DNA of 64,000 bases from Squalus acanthias (Eukaryota), in assembly GCA_030390025.1 (NCBI GenBank), contig CM059426.1, positions 95,728,001 to 95,792,000 on the forward strand. Reading direction: 5' to 3'. Every line of letters begins with the position of its first letter. Position 1 is the stretch's first letter. This document shows positions 25,270-36,759 of this stretch, piece after piece. Under the pieces are notes generated by a model. It was not told where the DNA came from and ran no database searches. It saw only the letters and a list, made by a program, of their open reading frames with translations. The position numbers and the translations under genes were made by a program.

Positions 25270-25669
25270 TGTCAGCTGTGGCTCAGTGGGTAGCACACTC
25301 GCCTCTGAGTCAGAAGGTTGTGGGTTCAAGTCCCACTCCATGAAGCTAGGCTGACACTCCAGTGCAGTGCTGAGGGTGCCGTTTTTCAGATCAGATGAGA
25401 TGTTGAACTGAGGCCCAGTCTGCTCTCTCAGGTGGGCGTAAAAGATCTCATGGCACTATTTCAAAGAAGAGCAGGGAGTTATCCCCATTGTCCTGGCAAA
25501 TATTTATCCCTCAACCAACATAACAAAAACAGATTATCTGGTCATTATCACATTATGGGACCTTGCTGTGTGTAAATTGGCTGCGACATTACAACCGTGA
25601 CTCCACTTCAAAAGTGCTGAGACGTGCGGTGGTCGTGAAAGGCGCTATATAAATTCAAGTCTTTCTTTC
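25270..25669 (+). mobile_element. tRNA-derived DeuSINE (SacSINE1-like)
   Basis: A box TGGCTCAGTGG, B box GGTTCAAGTCC, Deu-like core (atggcactatttcaaagaagagcagggag...gtcctgg), L2-like tail aggcgctatataaat. Confidence 0.8.
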
Positions 25670-25944
25670 ATACAGAACTCTGTCGCCCGCTTCCTGTCCC
25701 TGCTCACCTTACACTGGTTCCCTGCCCCCAACCACATTGAATTCAAAATACTAATCAGCTCCTTCTACAATTTGCCCACCCCACCTCTGAAACCTCTCCA
25801 GCCCTATACACTTTTGCTCTCCAGTCTTGTGTACATCCCTTTCATCGCTCCCCCTTGAGTGGCATTTCACTACATTAAAGGCTCTATTTAAATGTAAATT
25901 GTGGTTGCTGATGATATGACAATGCAATCCAGCATCCCATTTTC

Positions 25945-25981
25945 AGTTCTGACGAAGGGTCATCAACCTGAAACGTTAACT
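25945..25981 (+). ncRNA. Minimal hammerhead ribozyme
   Basis: AGUU-CUGACGA-A-GGGU(CAUCA)ACCU-GAA-ACGU-U-AACU. Confidence 0.78.
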
Positions 25982-26042
25982 CTGTTTCTCTCTCCACAGA
26001 TGCTGCCTGACCTGCTGAGTATTTCCAGCATTTTCTGTTTTT
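25945..26042 (+). mobile_element. 98-bp Penelope-derived insertion consisting of a hammerhead plus tail
   Basis: 11-bp TSD ATCCCATTTTC (25934-25944, 26043-26053); matches 52792-52890. Confidence 0.85.
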
Positions 26043-26932
26043 ATCCCATTTTCTTTGTTTATTGTCACACTGCTTAGACATGGTGAGCACAAAGTCAATG
26101 AACACCCCTAGATCTCTTTCAGCTTTCCCCATGGATTACAAGTGCCTCCTAGCTTTACTTCCAATATATGCAGTATCTTACACTTCTCTATATAGAACTT
26201 AATTTACCACCACCCAGATATAAAGCCTGTTGTGCTCTCTTTGTAAGATCTTGGCTGCCTTCTCTGAGTCCAGAATCCTCTCCAGCTTGGTGTTACAGGT
26301 ATCTGTGAATTTAACTACTATGTATTGACAATTCATTGACATATACCTGGAACAGGATGGATCTCAGGATTGACCTGTGGGACACCACCCAGTACCTCTC
26401 TCCCATTATGACTATACTCTGCTTCCTCCCCTTTTAGCCAGCTACTAATCCATATCCATGTCTTATCCCTGATACCCACTGACAGTTAATAAATGAATCT
26501 CTCAAGCAGTACTTTATAAAAGGCCCTTTTGAAGTTTTAACTACAGTAAGGATGCCAGTTACCCTTCAGTGCCTCATCCAATGGGCATTCTTTACCTATG
26601 AGGTAAGCAGCAAATATTGCCAAGCTACTTGACCATGTGGGGCATCACAACCAAGCTGGACCCTGTCCTGATCTGACATCGGCACACAAGCACTTTCCAG
26701 CATGGATCATTTGAAAGTGATCAGGAGTGGATTCCTGTCTAATTTTCCCACTCGCTAATCCAGCAACTCTTGATTGCCCTATCACTCCCCTGACTGAGAT
26801 CAACTAACTCATTACAGACCAGGAATTCAATTTTCAACCTTTTTGGTCTGTGTGGCTCAGTATCATGCCACCCTAAATTCCACTTTCTAATATGGAAAAT
26901 AGTGGAACAATCTCTGATTGTAAAAAAGTTAA

Positions 26933-26938
26933 TTTATT
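26933..26938 (-). terminator. Candidate RHOH polyadenylation signal
   Basis: AATAAA on the minus strand ~630 nt past the stop codon, at the end of a repeat-free AT-rich 3' UTR-like segment. Confidence 0.5.
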
Positions 26939-27564
26939 GAGGCGTATTCTGTAAACTGATAGAAAATTACTACAAAACTACACCTTCTTACCACAATATT
27001 TGTACATGTTTCTCATCAGAGGTCAGTGATAACAAGGGAAATAAGTATAAAATTATTAAATATTACAGTCAACAAAAGTGAGTACTTAATATGTACTCCA
27101 GGGTGGATCACTGAGATTGGTGCACTTTATCAGCGAGTGCAAAAGTACAGTTTTATTTAATATGTCGTCTTTAAAGTATCTGGCATCGTGGTGGCATGCA
27201 GTTCAAATTAAATACAACTTGTAACACAAAATAAGATTGTCAGCCATCTTTCCATAGTGATCAAACACCAAAATGTCAAAATATTTAGAACTGTTAAAAG
27301 TCTATGATAGACAATCCTGAAATGAGTTCCTCCTCTCAGTTATATTTTTTGTTAGCGTTCCTGACGGAATCCGTTACTTCAGTAGAAATGAATCAGAGCC
27401 ACACTGATAAGGATACAACAGCACAAGTGGACACGGCCAAAAAAGACCCATGTGCCATGATCAACACAGCCAGATTGAAAGCATTTAGGTGACAGCTTCT
27501 TTAGTATTTGTTGAAAAATTGGAGAGTCAAAATGATTTAAATTACCGTACCAGTCTAATGGAAG

Positions 27565-28131
27565 TCAGGCTATCACACATTTATTTAGGTCTATGATCCT
27601 CCTCCTGGTTTGTTTTTTTATGTAGCTGACAGCAGTCCTCACTCCGCATTCAAACACTTCTTGCACCCCTCTGTTAGTAATTGCTGAACACTCCAGGTAA
27701 CCTCGTGCTCTGATATCTCTTGCCAACCTCTTCCCATCAACAGATGTGATGGTGCGAAAAGTGCCGATGTCACGCTGGTCTATTTGTGTGGCAACGACCA
27801 ATACTGGAGTCTTTGGTAAGAAACTTCTGACTTCTGGCATCCATTTATTCCTAACGTTCAAGTAGGACATCGGGTTTGCCACAGAGTAGCAAATTAGCAC
27901 CACATCAGCCTGCTGGTAAGAAAGAGGGCGAATTCCTTGAAATGAATCATTTCCTGATGTGTCCCAGAGTCCAAGGCTGATTTGAGTTCCATCCATAAAC
28001 ACATCTACTCCAGTATTGTCATAAACTGTGGGCTTGTAGATATCTGGGAAAGTCTCTGATGTAAATCTCACCAGTAATGCGGTTTTCCCCACCTTTACAT
28101 CACCCACGAGAACACATTTTATGGAGCTCAT
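27565..28131 (-). CDS. RHOH: Rho-related GTP-binding protein RhoH
   Basis: 188 aa; [54 protein letters not shown] matches RhoH, including Asn at the Q61-equivalent; VVATQ.DQR; CAAX CVIA; intronless CDS as in other vertebrates. Confidence 0.95.
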   Translation of the reverse strand: MSSIKCVLVGDVKVGKTALLVRFTSETFPDIYKPTVYDNTGVDVFMDGTQISLGLWDTSGNDSFQGIRPLSYQQADVVLICYSVANPMSYLNVRNKWMPEVRSFLPKTPVLVVATQIDQRDIGTFRTITSVDGKRLARDIRARGYLECSAITNRGVQEVFECGVRTAVSYIKKQTRRRIIDLNKCVIA

Positions 28132-28288
28132 GTTGCCTTCAAGTCTCTATGCAAACAGCTTTGCACAAGTCTTTTCAATCTCTCAAAGCAGGAGTAAAAT
28201 TCTTCGAAGAAATACTCTTCCTTTTCAATACAGCAGTTCACTATAAAAGGATGTTCTTACAGAAAGTTCCACCAAAGCTTTCTTTCAC

Positions 28289-28310
28289 CTGTGAAACAAG
28301 AAAGAAACAT
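28289..28310 (-). other. RHOH: Splice acceptor of the RHOH coding exon
   Basis: Minus strand tttctttcttgtttcacag|GTG; exon starts at 28288, 157 nt before the ATG. Confidence 0.75.
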
Positions 28311-29322
28311 TTAGCGATTAAAAAGTTCTGGTGAAGTGTCATACTCAAAAGATTAACTAATGTTTTTCTTTCAGATGCTGACCTATCACTGTTTATTCGC
28401 AACTTTTTACTTCAGAAGTAACAATTGGTTGACACGAAAGTTTGGTTTAAAGAGCCTGGAGATTGTAGGAGGAAGGGAAGGAATTCCACAGTCGTGGGAA
28501 AGAATAGTCAGAGCAGAAAACTGGCCGATGAATCCTGACTTTAAATACAGATAAAATGAAGACAGTAACATAATTAATACTAATATGGAGTGAAGAATTC
28601 CTCTGTGTGCTAACTGTAGCAAAATTTTAAGCCTGTCTACAGAGAATGAGCTTACAGTTTCACTACACATAGTGCACAGAGGAAACCTTCCCCTATGCTT
28701 TTCTTTATATTGTCACTCTTTCAAGAAGTTTTACAGAAATCTGTGAAAATTAAGAGGAAAATCATGTTAGCATTTTAACACATTTAAATTAATTGTTGTT
28801 GCAGCTTTTACCTCTAATAAACCACTCAACGTTGTCATTAATTTCCACCACAGGCTTTGCGAATAGATTTTCATATAGCTAGTACTCTTCTGTTACTGTA
28901 TTGTACTTCTCACACTTCAGTTCTGTAGCTCTCACTTCTATATATATATATATATATTGCTCTTCCTTCCTGGTAAGCTGGAGAACAGACGTGACAGCTG
29001 TGCTCCGAGCAGTTCTTGAAACATTCCGGTGACGTACCCAATTCTAAAGGAAATGGACTAACATACTTCCTTCTAAATTCAGGCTAATTGTTTTACTTTG
29101 CACAGAAAAGATACATCACAAGCAGGATCTTCTGCAACCTTTTCCTGGTAATGTGGTGGATGGGAATGGAAATTTGGGGCAAGTCCCATTTTACTGGCAA
29201 GGGGTCCTGGTGCATTTTCTGGTGACCAGGATGAGGAGCATTGAAAACACCCACCAAGAAGAATCCCTTTATCAGACACGTCTGGAAGAAGAGGAGGAGC
29301 TATAGAGGGTGGCAGGCATGTC

Positions 29323-30455
29323 TGTGAAGGAATAAGCCATATAACCTATTCAGAAAAATACACTATCTTATGAAAGAATTCTGGCCTTATTAAAACATGA
29401 CAAACTGGGTTTGGAAATTTAGAAACCTAACTATGAAATATCTATGAAAGCATTCTGGCTATTGAGATAAGACAGTTGTTGACCCTGAACAAATAACCTT
29501 ATTGAAACAGAAGGTTAAGGGCTCCGACAGGCTGAACTTTTTGGAACGAAACAATGGTTCACCATGGATAAGGTGTTTTAATTTACACTTTGTAAAGAAG
29601 CACATAAAGTAAGGAACATCTGCCCTCGTAAAGATGACATAAAGTAAGGAACACCTGCCGTAACACCGTTTTTTATATGGCAAACTTAGAACACCTAGAG
29701 ATGAGACACGAGTCTGGCTGAGCTGGCAGTAAGAATTGCAGAGGTCAGCAGAAAAATGACTAGAGATAATTAGCTTGCATCAGCAGAAAACCTTAAAGGA
29801 AATACCACTGGATAAGGGTATAAATATTGAACTCTCAAATGGGATAGTAGACTCGCTTTAATCGGGCAAAGCGATTCTCAGCTTCAGAGGCGGCTCTGTA
29901 AGTCTCCAACTCTTTGTACCTCGGGGATCAAAGGTATTTGATTTTGGTGGATATCCTGTAGACTTTAAGAACTGTAAAACTGTAGCGAAGTTAAGATTTG
30001 AAAGTAAGGTTCTCTGATAATAAGATCGTAAGCTTTCTCTTTTTGGAACTGTTAATGTTGCAATTGACTCACCAACTGTAAATAACATGTCGGTTCTTTA
30101 ATAAATCTATATATTTTTAGAATAGTCTCACATAAAACTTCTGTATCAAAAACTCGTGAACTCAATCTCTGTACACTCTTTGGTGAGGAGTTGCAGAATT
30201 CTGGGGGAGTTTTCCGGACCCTCATAATATCCGGAACGTTACAGTCTAGCTAAACTTATTAAAAGTGCTATCTGGAGGACGGTAACATTCTCGGGCCTGT
30301 TTCTTTCCTTTAGGGAGAGATAGTCCGGACCTTTAGACCCAATTAAGCGTCTTTAGGATTCAGCTACCTCAAACTTTAGTTGAAAGCGAACGTCTGAGAG
30401 ATACGCCTGATCTGGGGTAGCCCTAAAGGGGCTAGGACTAGTAATAATCCCTTCA
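29323..30455 (+). mobile_element. Solo LTR candidate in the RHOH upstream intron
   Basis: TG(TGAAGG)...CCTTCA termini; 4-bp TSD TGTC (29319-29322, 30456-30459); TATAAA near 29819; AATAAA near 30100; short internal duplication cataaagtaaggaaca. Confidence 0.65.
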
Positions 30456-30488
30456 TGTCAAGCTGCATAAGAGATGCTCTGTGCCCAC

Positions 30489-30644
30489 CAATGTTCCCTT
30501 TAGGCTGCGCAGCCATCGGGAGCTCCTGTGCAGGCCGCTTGCCGGCTTCACAATAGGAAAAACCGCACATGCACAGGAATTTGAATGGGCTGCGCAGCCC
30601 GTTAAAGGGACCGTGCACCTTCCAAAAAATTAAAGGGAACATTG
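30489..30644. mobile_element. hAT-type MITE
   Basis: TIR CAATGTTCCCTTTA / TAAAGGGAACATTG; 8-bp TSD GTGCCCAC (30481-30488, 30645-30652). Confidence 0.9.
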
Positions 30645-31567
30645 GTGCCCACCCTTCAAATTTGACTTACACACAGTTTTCTTCTCCTACCACGAGTCCT
30701 TAGATTTAATTAAATTTATAGCTGAAGTTATGCTAATAAGTTGACAGTAAAATTGGGCGCAATCCCCCTCCCAATTAGTCACTGCAGAATAAATTATGCC
30801 AAAAGAAGAAATCCTAAATCCTTGCATATCCACTAAGAGTTAATCTGCTGTTGTACTTTACTGCCATGGATATCTGTTTACCTACAGAACAACAGTCACT
30901 GCACTTCAAAGTAATTTATTGTATGTTCTTTAGGATATTTCTGAGACAAGTGAAAAGGCACTGTGGCAATACTAGACTTTTTTGCTAAACTACTGCCAGA
31001 GTTAATTTTGTCTGCATTCCTTATGACTTGTCTCAGGGTAAATTGTTCAAATGTCAAACTTTGAGCTGTTCTAAAATCTGAAAAAATTTACAACTCCTTT
31101 TATAGTTCCAATAGATCTAAATTCCCCAGAGTACTTCATAAAATACAGCAATAACTAGGATAGCAATTCCAAGTACCTCTGCCAACAATGTATGAAACAT
31201 AAATGCATGTGTCACTTCACAAACATCTATTTAATGGCTGCACTTATCCTGGCTCTGTCTGCCTGCTTCAGTGTCTTTTCTCTATATCTGCATAATTAAA
31301 AGTGAAATAACAATGGTGTCTCACCTATGTCAGGAATGAAATCTGAAATGGTTTCACAAAAGATATCCTAGGAAAATTTCAGGCTCTCTAATGGCAGGAA
31401 CACTACAGAAATAGCACCATTAAAATATGTTATTCAGCAATGTCCGACTCTGACCTGTACCTGGAAAAATATCAAGCAATCAGGGCCCCATACTTGGAGA
31501 CTCACTCTGCATAAACTGCAGCTCCCTCTCCAGTAAAGCCACCTACTCACTAATCACAAAGGATAAT

Positions 31568-32310
31568 GGCCCAAAAATTAGTGCCTCTACGCGAGAGTAC
31601 GCACTGTGTACTCTCGCGTATTCTGTCTCCAATTGCCGGTTTTCTGCATGCACTGCGCATGCGCTGAAAACCGGCACTTGGTGATTTCAAAAGGGGGCGG
31701 TTCCTAGGTGAACCGCGTGCGCACTACAGGCTGCGCGCACGCAGTGCACTTAGTGCTTTGAACGCGCAGGTAAGCATGGAAGATTTTGCACATAAAGAAA
31801 GGAGGCGTAAGACCCTCTTTTAACAAGGTAAGTAGTCAATTAAGTATTATTTTGAAATTTTTCAACAGGTATATCTTTTTTAGAGACTTTAAAGAAAGGT
31901 AAGTTTATTTTTATAACTTTTTAAAAGATTTTAAATTTTTTCAAAAATTTAATTTTTTGTTTAAAGTGGTTAATTTATTTAACTATACTTATTTTATTAA
32001 TGTGATGGTTTTTAAAAAAATTTAATTGAGGTTTAGCTGTTCTTTTGGGGGGGTATAGATTCATAGCTTTCACAGCACTTGATTGTGAAAACTATGAATG
32101 AAAGATGGTGTGCTGCCATTGGCTCTAACTGAGTCACGTGATCCCACAGCTCGCACGAATTAACTGCGCCTGTGGGATACGGAAGCACTGCACAGCTGCT
32201 GTCTAGAACATCAAGTTCGTGCGAGCTGGGAATGAAAAAGCCGGCGCGCAGTGAGATATCGCGGGGAAGCCTTACCCCCGCACGAAGGCTCCCTCACTAA
32301 TTTTTGGGCC
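31568..32310. mobile_element. Non-autonomous PIF/Harbinger-like element
   Basis: Perfect 16-bp TIR GGCCCAAAAATTAGTG; 3-bp TSD AAT; internal hairpins (tacgcgagagtac...gtactctcgcgta). Confidence 0.85.
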
Positions 32311-32553
32311 AATAACCCAAACCGACATGACCAGTGGTAAGTAGGCTCTATGCCCATCCCTGCAGATCTAACTAGTCGCCACAAATGGATTAAACAAGTC
32401 ATCTGAACCCCTTGATTCACACTGCTCCCAGAACAAGCACAGTCATGGCAGGAAATCTGGATATATCGATGCAGTCCTCCTGCAATCACAATAGGCAATG
32501 ATTTCAGAAAATATATAAAAGGATGGACACTTTTGAAAGCAAGAAAAAAGTTA

Positions 32554-33042
32554 CAGGAAACTTTTGTTTATCCGGCATCCAAATATCTGGAATTCTCGCT
32601 TAACCGGCAAAAATCATCCTCCAAAAACTCCTCTCAAATAACCGGCAATGTTGCCGAGTCGCAGTCGAGTCTCCGCGAACGCCGAGTACTCCGAAAACTC
32701 CTCTCAAATAACCGGCAATGTTGCCGAGTCGCAGTCGAGTCTCCGCGAACGCCGAGTACTCCGAAAACTCCTCTCAAATAACCGGCAATGTTGCCGATCC
32801 CGAGTCCGAGTCTGCGAACGCCGATTTAGTCAGTAGGGGTAGTTTTCAAAAGTGCCGCTACTCGGCCTCCTGGCGCTGTCGGAAGTCCGAAACACTGCAG
32901 TAGCAGGAGTTGATTCTCCCGCCCTGCCGGGAGTCTCTTTGTTAAAAATAGCCTCGGTAGATATAACTCTCCGTTATCCGGTACTTTCGATAAACCGGCA
33001 CCACGGCGGTCCCATCGGTGCCGGTTAATAAAGAGTTTCCTG
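32554..33042. mobile_element. Tc1/mariner (pogo/Tigger-like) non-autonomous element
   Basis: Imperfect 24-bp TIR CAGGAAACT...CCGGCA; TA on both flanks. Confidence 0.8.
32619..32825 (+). repeat. 70-bp tandem repeat, about 3 units
   Basis: accggcaatg recurs at 32641, 32711 and 32781; first two units nearly identical. Confidence 0.95.
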
Positions 33043-33210
33043 TACTTGAGTCTGTCACCAGGTTTGTTGAAAGTGGTTGAGTTTGACTGCGGTTTTGTAG
33101 TTTGCATTGTGGCTCAGGGAGGGGCCCAACGAGGCAGTCAAGTTTTGTCTAAGAGCCTCAAATTTTTAAGAAGAGAAATGAATTCAGTGCCCTTCCAATA
33201 TTCACACCAT

Positions 33211-33584
33211 GGGGGAAAAATTGAGTCGCACTCCTTTGGGGCGCTAACTTCCCCGGGGCGCTACCCTGAAAAAATTAGCGCCCCTGCGGCCGAAATTCAT
33301 TGGTAGCGCCCCAAGAGGGAAGCGGGGTGCTACTGGAAGTGCCCCGCCTCCCTCTTGGGGCACTGCGAGTGAATATCGTGGCGCTACGTGCCGCAGCACA
33401 AGCGGGGCGCTGTGCACGGCGATGACTTCATCGCCGGTGGTGCAGCGCCGCGGGGCGCAAACGGTTACCGCCGCTGCTAACCTCCCGCTGAATTTCGTGG
33501 AAGGCGTTGGCGGCGCCGCGCCCGGGCACTAGTTGCTTTGCACCTCGTTAGCACCCAGGCGCAAAGCAACCGAATTTTTAGGCC
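33211..33584. mobile_element. GC-rich Harbinger-like MITE
   Basis: Imperfect TIR (aaaaattgagtcgc / gcaaccgaattttt); CAT on both flanks; internal palindromes. Confidence 0.6.
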
Positions 33585-33996
33585 CATATCCCTTATTTCT
33601 CAGCCAGGAAATTAAGGAAGAAAGGCTGTGATCCTTAGACAGGGAGAACTGACCTAACTCCCTTCCATCAAATGCTCCTCTGACAGGCCTGTTATACGTT
33701 GCAAGCACACTATCTGCATACAGACCATGCACACACAAAACTGAAAGTGTTAACTCCACCTTCAATTTGAGGCAGAGCAGCACTGCGTGTCTAATCCGCA
33801 GCTGTATTTTCTGATACGAACATTGCCAAGAAATAAAAGGAAGTCAGTTATTCAAATTCAGTTGCTGCAAACTCTCCGAGCATGTATGAACAGAGCGACA
33901 CTTGTAATGCCAGCTTCTTAATGGAGAGGTAAACTGTGCAACTTTATTTTTGACTACATAACAACAATCACTACATTTCAAATTAATTCATTGAAA

Positions 33997-35570
33997 GTGA
34001 TATCAAGAAAAGGCTGATCGCACTGGATACAGCAAAGGCTATGGGCCCCGACAACTTCCTGGCTGTCGTGCTGAAGACTTGTGCTCCAGAACTAGCCGCA
34101 CCTCTAGCCAAGCTGTTCCAGTACAGCTACAAAACTGGCATCTACCCGAGAATGGAAAATTGCCCAGGTGTGTCCTGTCCACAAAAAGCAGGACAAATCC
34201 AATCCGGCCAATCAGTCTACTCTCAATCATCAGCAATGTGATGGAAGGTGTTGTCGATAATGCTATCAAGCGGCACTTACTCACCAATAACCTGCTCACC
34301 GATGCTCAATTTGGGTTCCGCCAGGACCACTCGGCTCCAGACCTCATTGCAGTCTTGGTCCAAACATGGACAACAGAGCTGAATTCCAGAGGTGAGGTGA
34401 GAGTGACAGCCCTTGACATCAAGGCAGCATTTGACCGAGTGTGGCATCAAGGAGCCCTAGTAAAATTGAAGTCAATGGGAACCAGGGGGAATACTCTCTT
34501 CTAGCTGGAGTCATACCTAGCACAAAGGAAGATAGTTGTGGTTGTTGGAGGCCAATCATCTCAGTCCCAGGACATCGCTGCAGGAGTTCCTCAGGGCAGT
34601 ATCCTAGGCCCAACCATCTTCAGCTACTTTATCAATGACCTTCCGTCCATCATAAGGTCAGAAGTGGGGAGGTTCGCTGATGATTACACAGTGTTCAGTT
34701 CCATTCACAACTCCTCAGATAATGAAGCAGTCTGTGCCCGCATGCAGCAAGACGTGGACGACATGCAGGCTTGGGCTGATAAGTGGTAAGTAACATTCAC
34801 GCTACACAAGTGCCAGGCAATGACCATCGCCAACAAGAGAGAGTCTAACCACCGCCCCTTGACATTCAACAGCAATACTATCGCCGAATCTCCCACCATC
34901 AACATCCTGGGGGGTCACCATTGACCAGAAACTTAACTGGACCAGCCACATAAATACTGTGGCTACAAGAACAAGAGTGTTCTGCGGTGAGTGTCTCACC
35001 TCCTGACTCCCCAAAGCCTTTCCACTATCTACAAGGCACAAGTTAGGAGTGTGATGGAATACTCTCCACTTGCTTGGATGAGTGCAGCTCAAACAACACT
35101 CAAGAAGCTCAACACCATCCAGGACAAAGCAGCTCGCTTGATGGCACCCCATCCACCACCTTAAACATTCACTCCCTCCACCACCAGCGTACCGTGTCTG
35201 CAGTGTATACCATCTACAAGATGCACTGCAGCAACTCACTAAGGCTTCTTCGACAGCACCTCCCAAACCCGCGACCTCTACCACCTAGAAGGACAAGGGC
35301 AGCAGGCGCATGGGAACACCACCACCTCCAAGTTCCCCTCCAAGTCACACACCATCCTGACTTGGAAATATATCGCCAATCCTTCATCGTCGCTGGGTCA
35401 AAATCCTGGAACTCCATCCCTAACAGCACTGTGGGAGTACCTTCATCACATGGACTGCAGCAGTTCAAGAAGGCGGCTCACCACCACCTTCTCAAGGGCA
35501 ATTAGGGATGGGCAATAAATGCTGGCCTTGCCAGTGACGCCCACATACCATGAACGAATAACAAAAAAGA
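33997..35570 (+). mobile_element. CR1/L2-superclade LINE, second family, RT to 3' UTR
   Basis: RPISLLS, QFGFR, LDIKAAFDRVWH, GVPQGSILGP, FADD; tail gggcaataaatgctggccttgccag; further fragments at ~21860-21975 and ~43783-44020 (minus). Confidence 0.88.
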
Positions 35571-35705
35571 AACACTTCGAGACATTGCTGAGCTATATTA
35601 CATCAATTTAAGTCTTTTAGAAGTTTTTTTAAGTTCGCTTTTAGGAGGGCTAATAATTTTCATTTACTATATTTTTCTGCACACTGGAGCAATAGGAACG
35701 CAAAT

Positions 35706-36280
35706 TACAACAACAACTTGTATTTATATAGTGCCTTTAACACAGTAAAACGTCTCAAAGTGCTTCACAGGAGCATTATCAAACAAGATTTGACACCGAG
35801 CCACATAAGGAGATATTAGGACAGGTGACAAGAGGTAGGTTTTAAGGAGCGCCTTAAAGGAGGAGAGAGAGCTAGAGCGGCGGAGAGGTTTAGGAAGGGA
35901 ATTCTAGAGCTTAGGGCCCAGGCAGCAGAAGGTACGGCTGCCAATGGTTATACACTGCAAGTACACTATTGAGATACGAGCAGATTCAGGCAGCAGAGCT
36001 TTGGTTGAGTTCAAGTTTATGGAGGGTGGAAAATGAGCCGGCCAGGACAGCATTGGAATAGTCAAGTCTAGAGGTAACAAAGGAATGGATGAGGGTTTCA
36101 GCAGCAGGTGAGCTGAGGCAGGGTCGGAGACGGGCGATGCTATGCAAGTAGAAGTAGACGGTTTTAGTGATGGAGCAGATATGTAGTCAGAAGCTCATCT
36201 CAGAGTCAAATAGGACGCAAGGTTGCGAACAGTCTGGTTCAGCTTCAAGCAGTGACCAGGGAGAGGAATGGAGTCAGTGG
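35706..36280 (-). mobile_element. L2 LINE 3' fragment
   Basis: caacaacaacttgtatttatatag tail; similar fragments at ~46400-46600, ~47030-47290 and ~61490-62130. Confidence 0.75.
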
Positions 36281-36759
36281 CGAAGAAACGGATTTTGTAC
36301 TTTTGACAGAATATTATTTAGCATCCCCAATGGTTTAGTGGGTAAATGCAAAACCCAGGTTGGTACCGAGCTATACAGAACTGAAAAGTCCCAGGTTTGG
36401 TCCTCAGTCAATGCTGAATTATGTGATATCTGCCAGGACAGCAATATACATGCTACACTTGAGCTCAGCTCTTCTGGATTAAGGAGAAGAAAATCAGCAA
36501 GAGTTTTTGTTCCTGATTGCTATCCATTGACTCCTGCTAGATAGTGTGCTGGTGTGGCTATTGAGTTAAGATAGGATTGTACTCGTCGTCTGTGCTGCTC
36601 TCACTGATCAAACAGCCTGCTCACACTCGAGCATAAATGTTCGGGTCCCTTAACACACACCAACTTCCCACTGGCCTGTACGCCTGAGATTTTCTTTAGG
36701 TCAGTCCTAATTGATTATTCAAGGAAAGCTCCTGTGTCATATTAGGGTTGGCACTGGAT

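Noticed and set aside
25270-25345. tRNA-like A and B boxes
   Set aside because: This is a SINE head continuous with a Deu-like core and LINE tail, not a tRNA gene
32619-32825. Regularly spaced repeat that could resemble a CRISPR array
   Set aside because: Units repeat in full with no unique spacers, lie inside a TA-flanked MITE, and the context is eukaryotic with no cas genes
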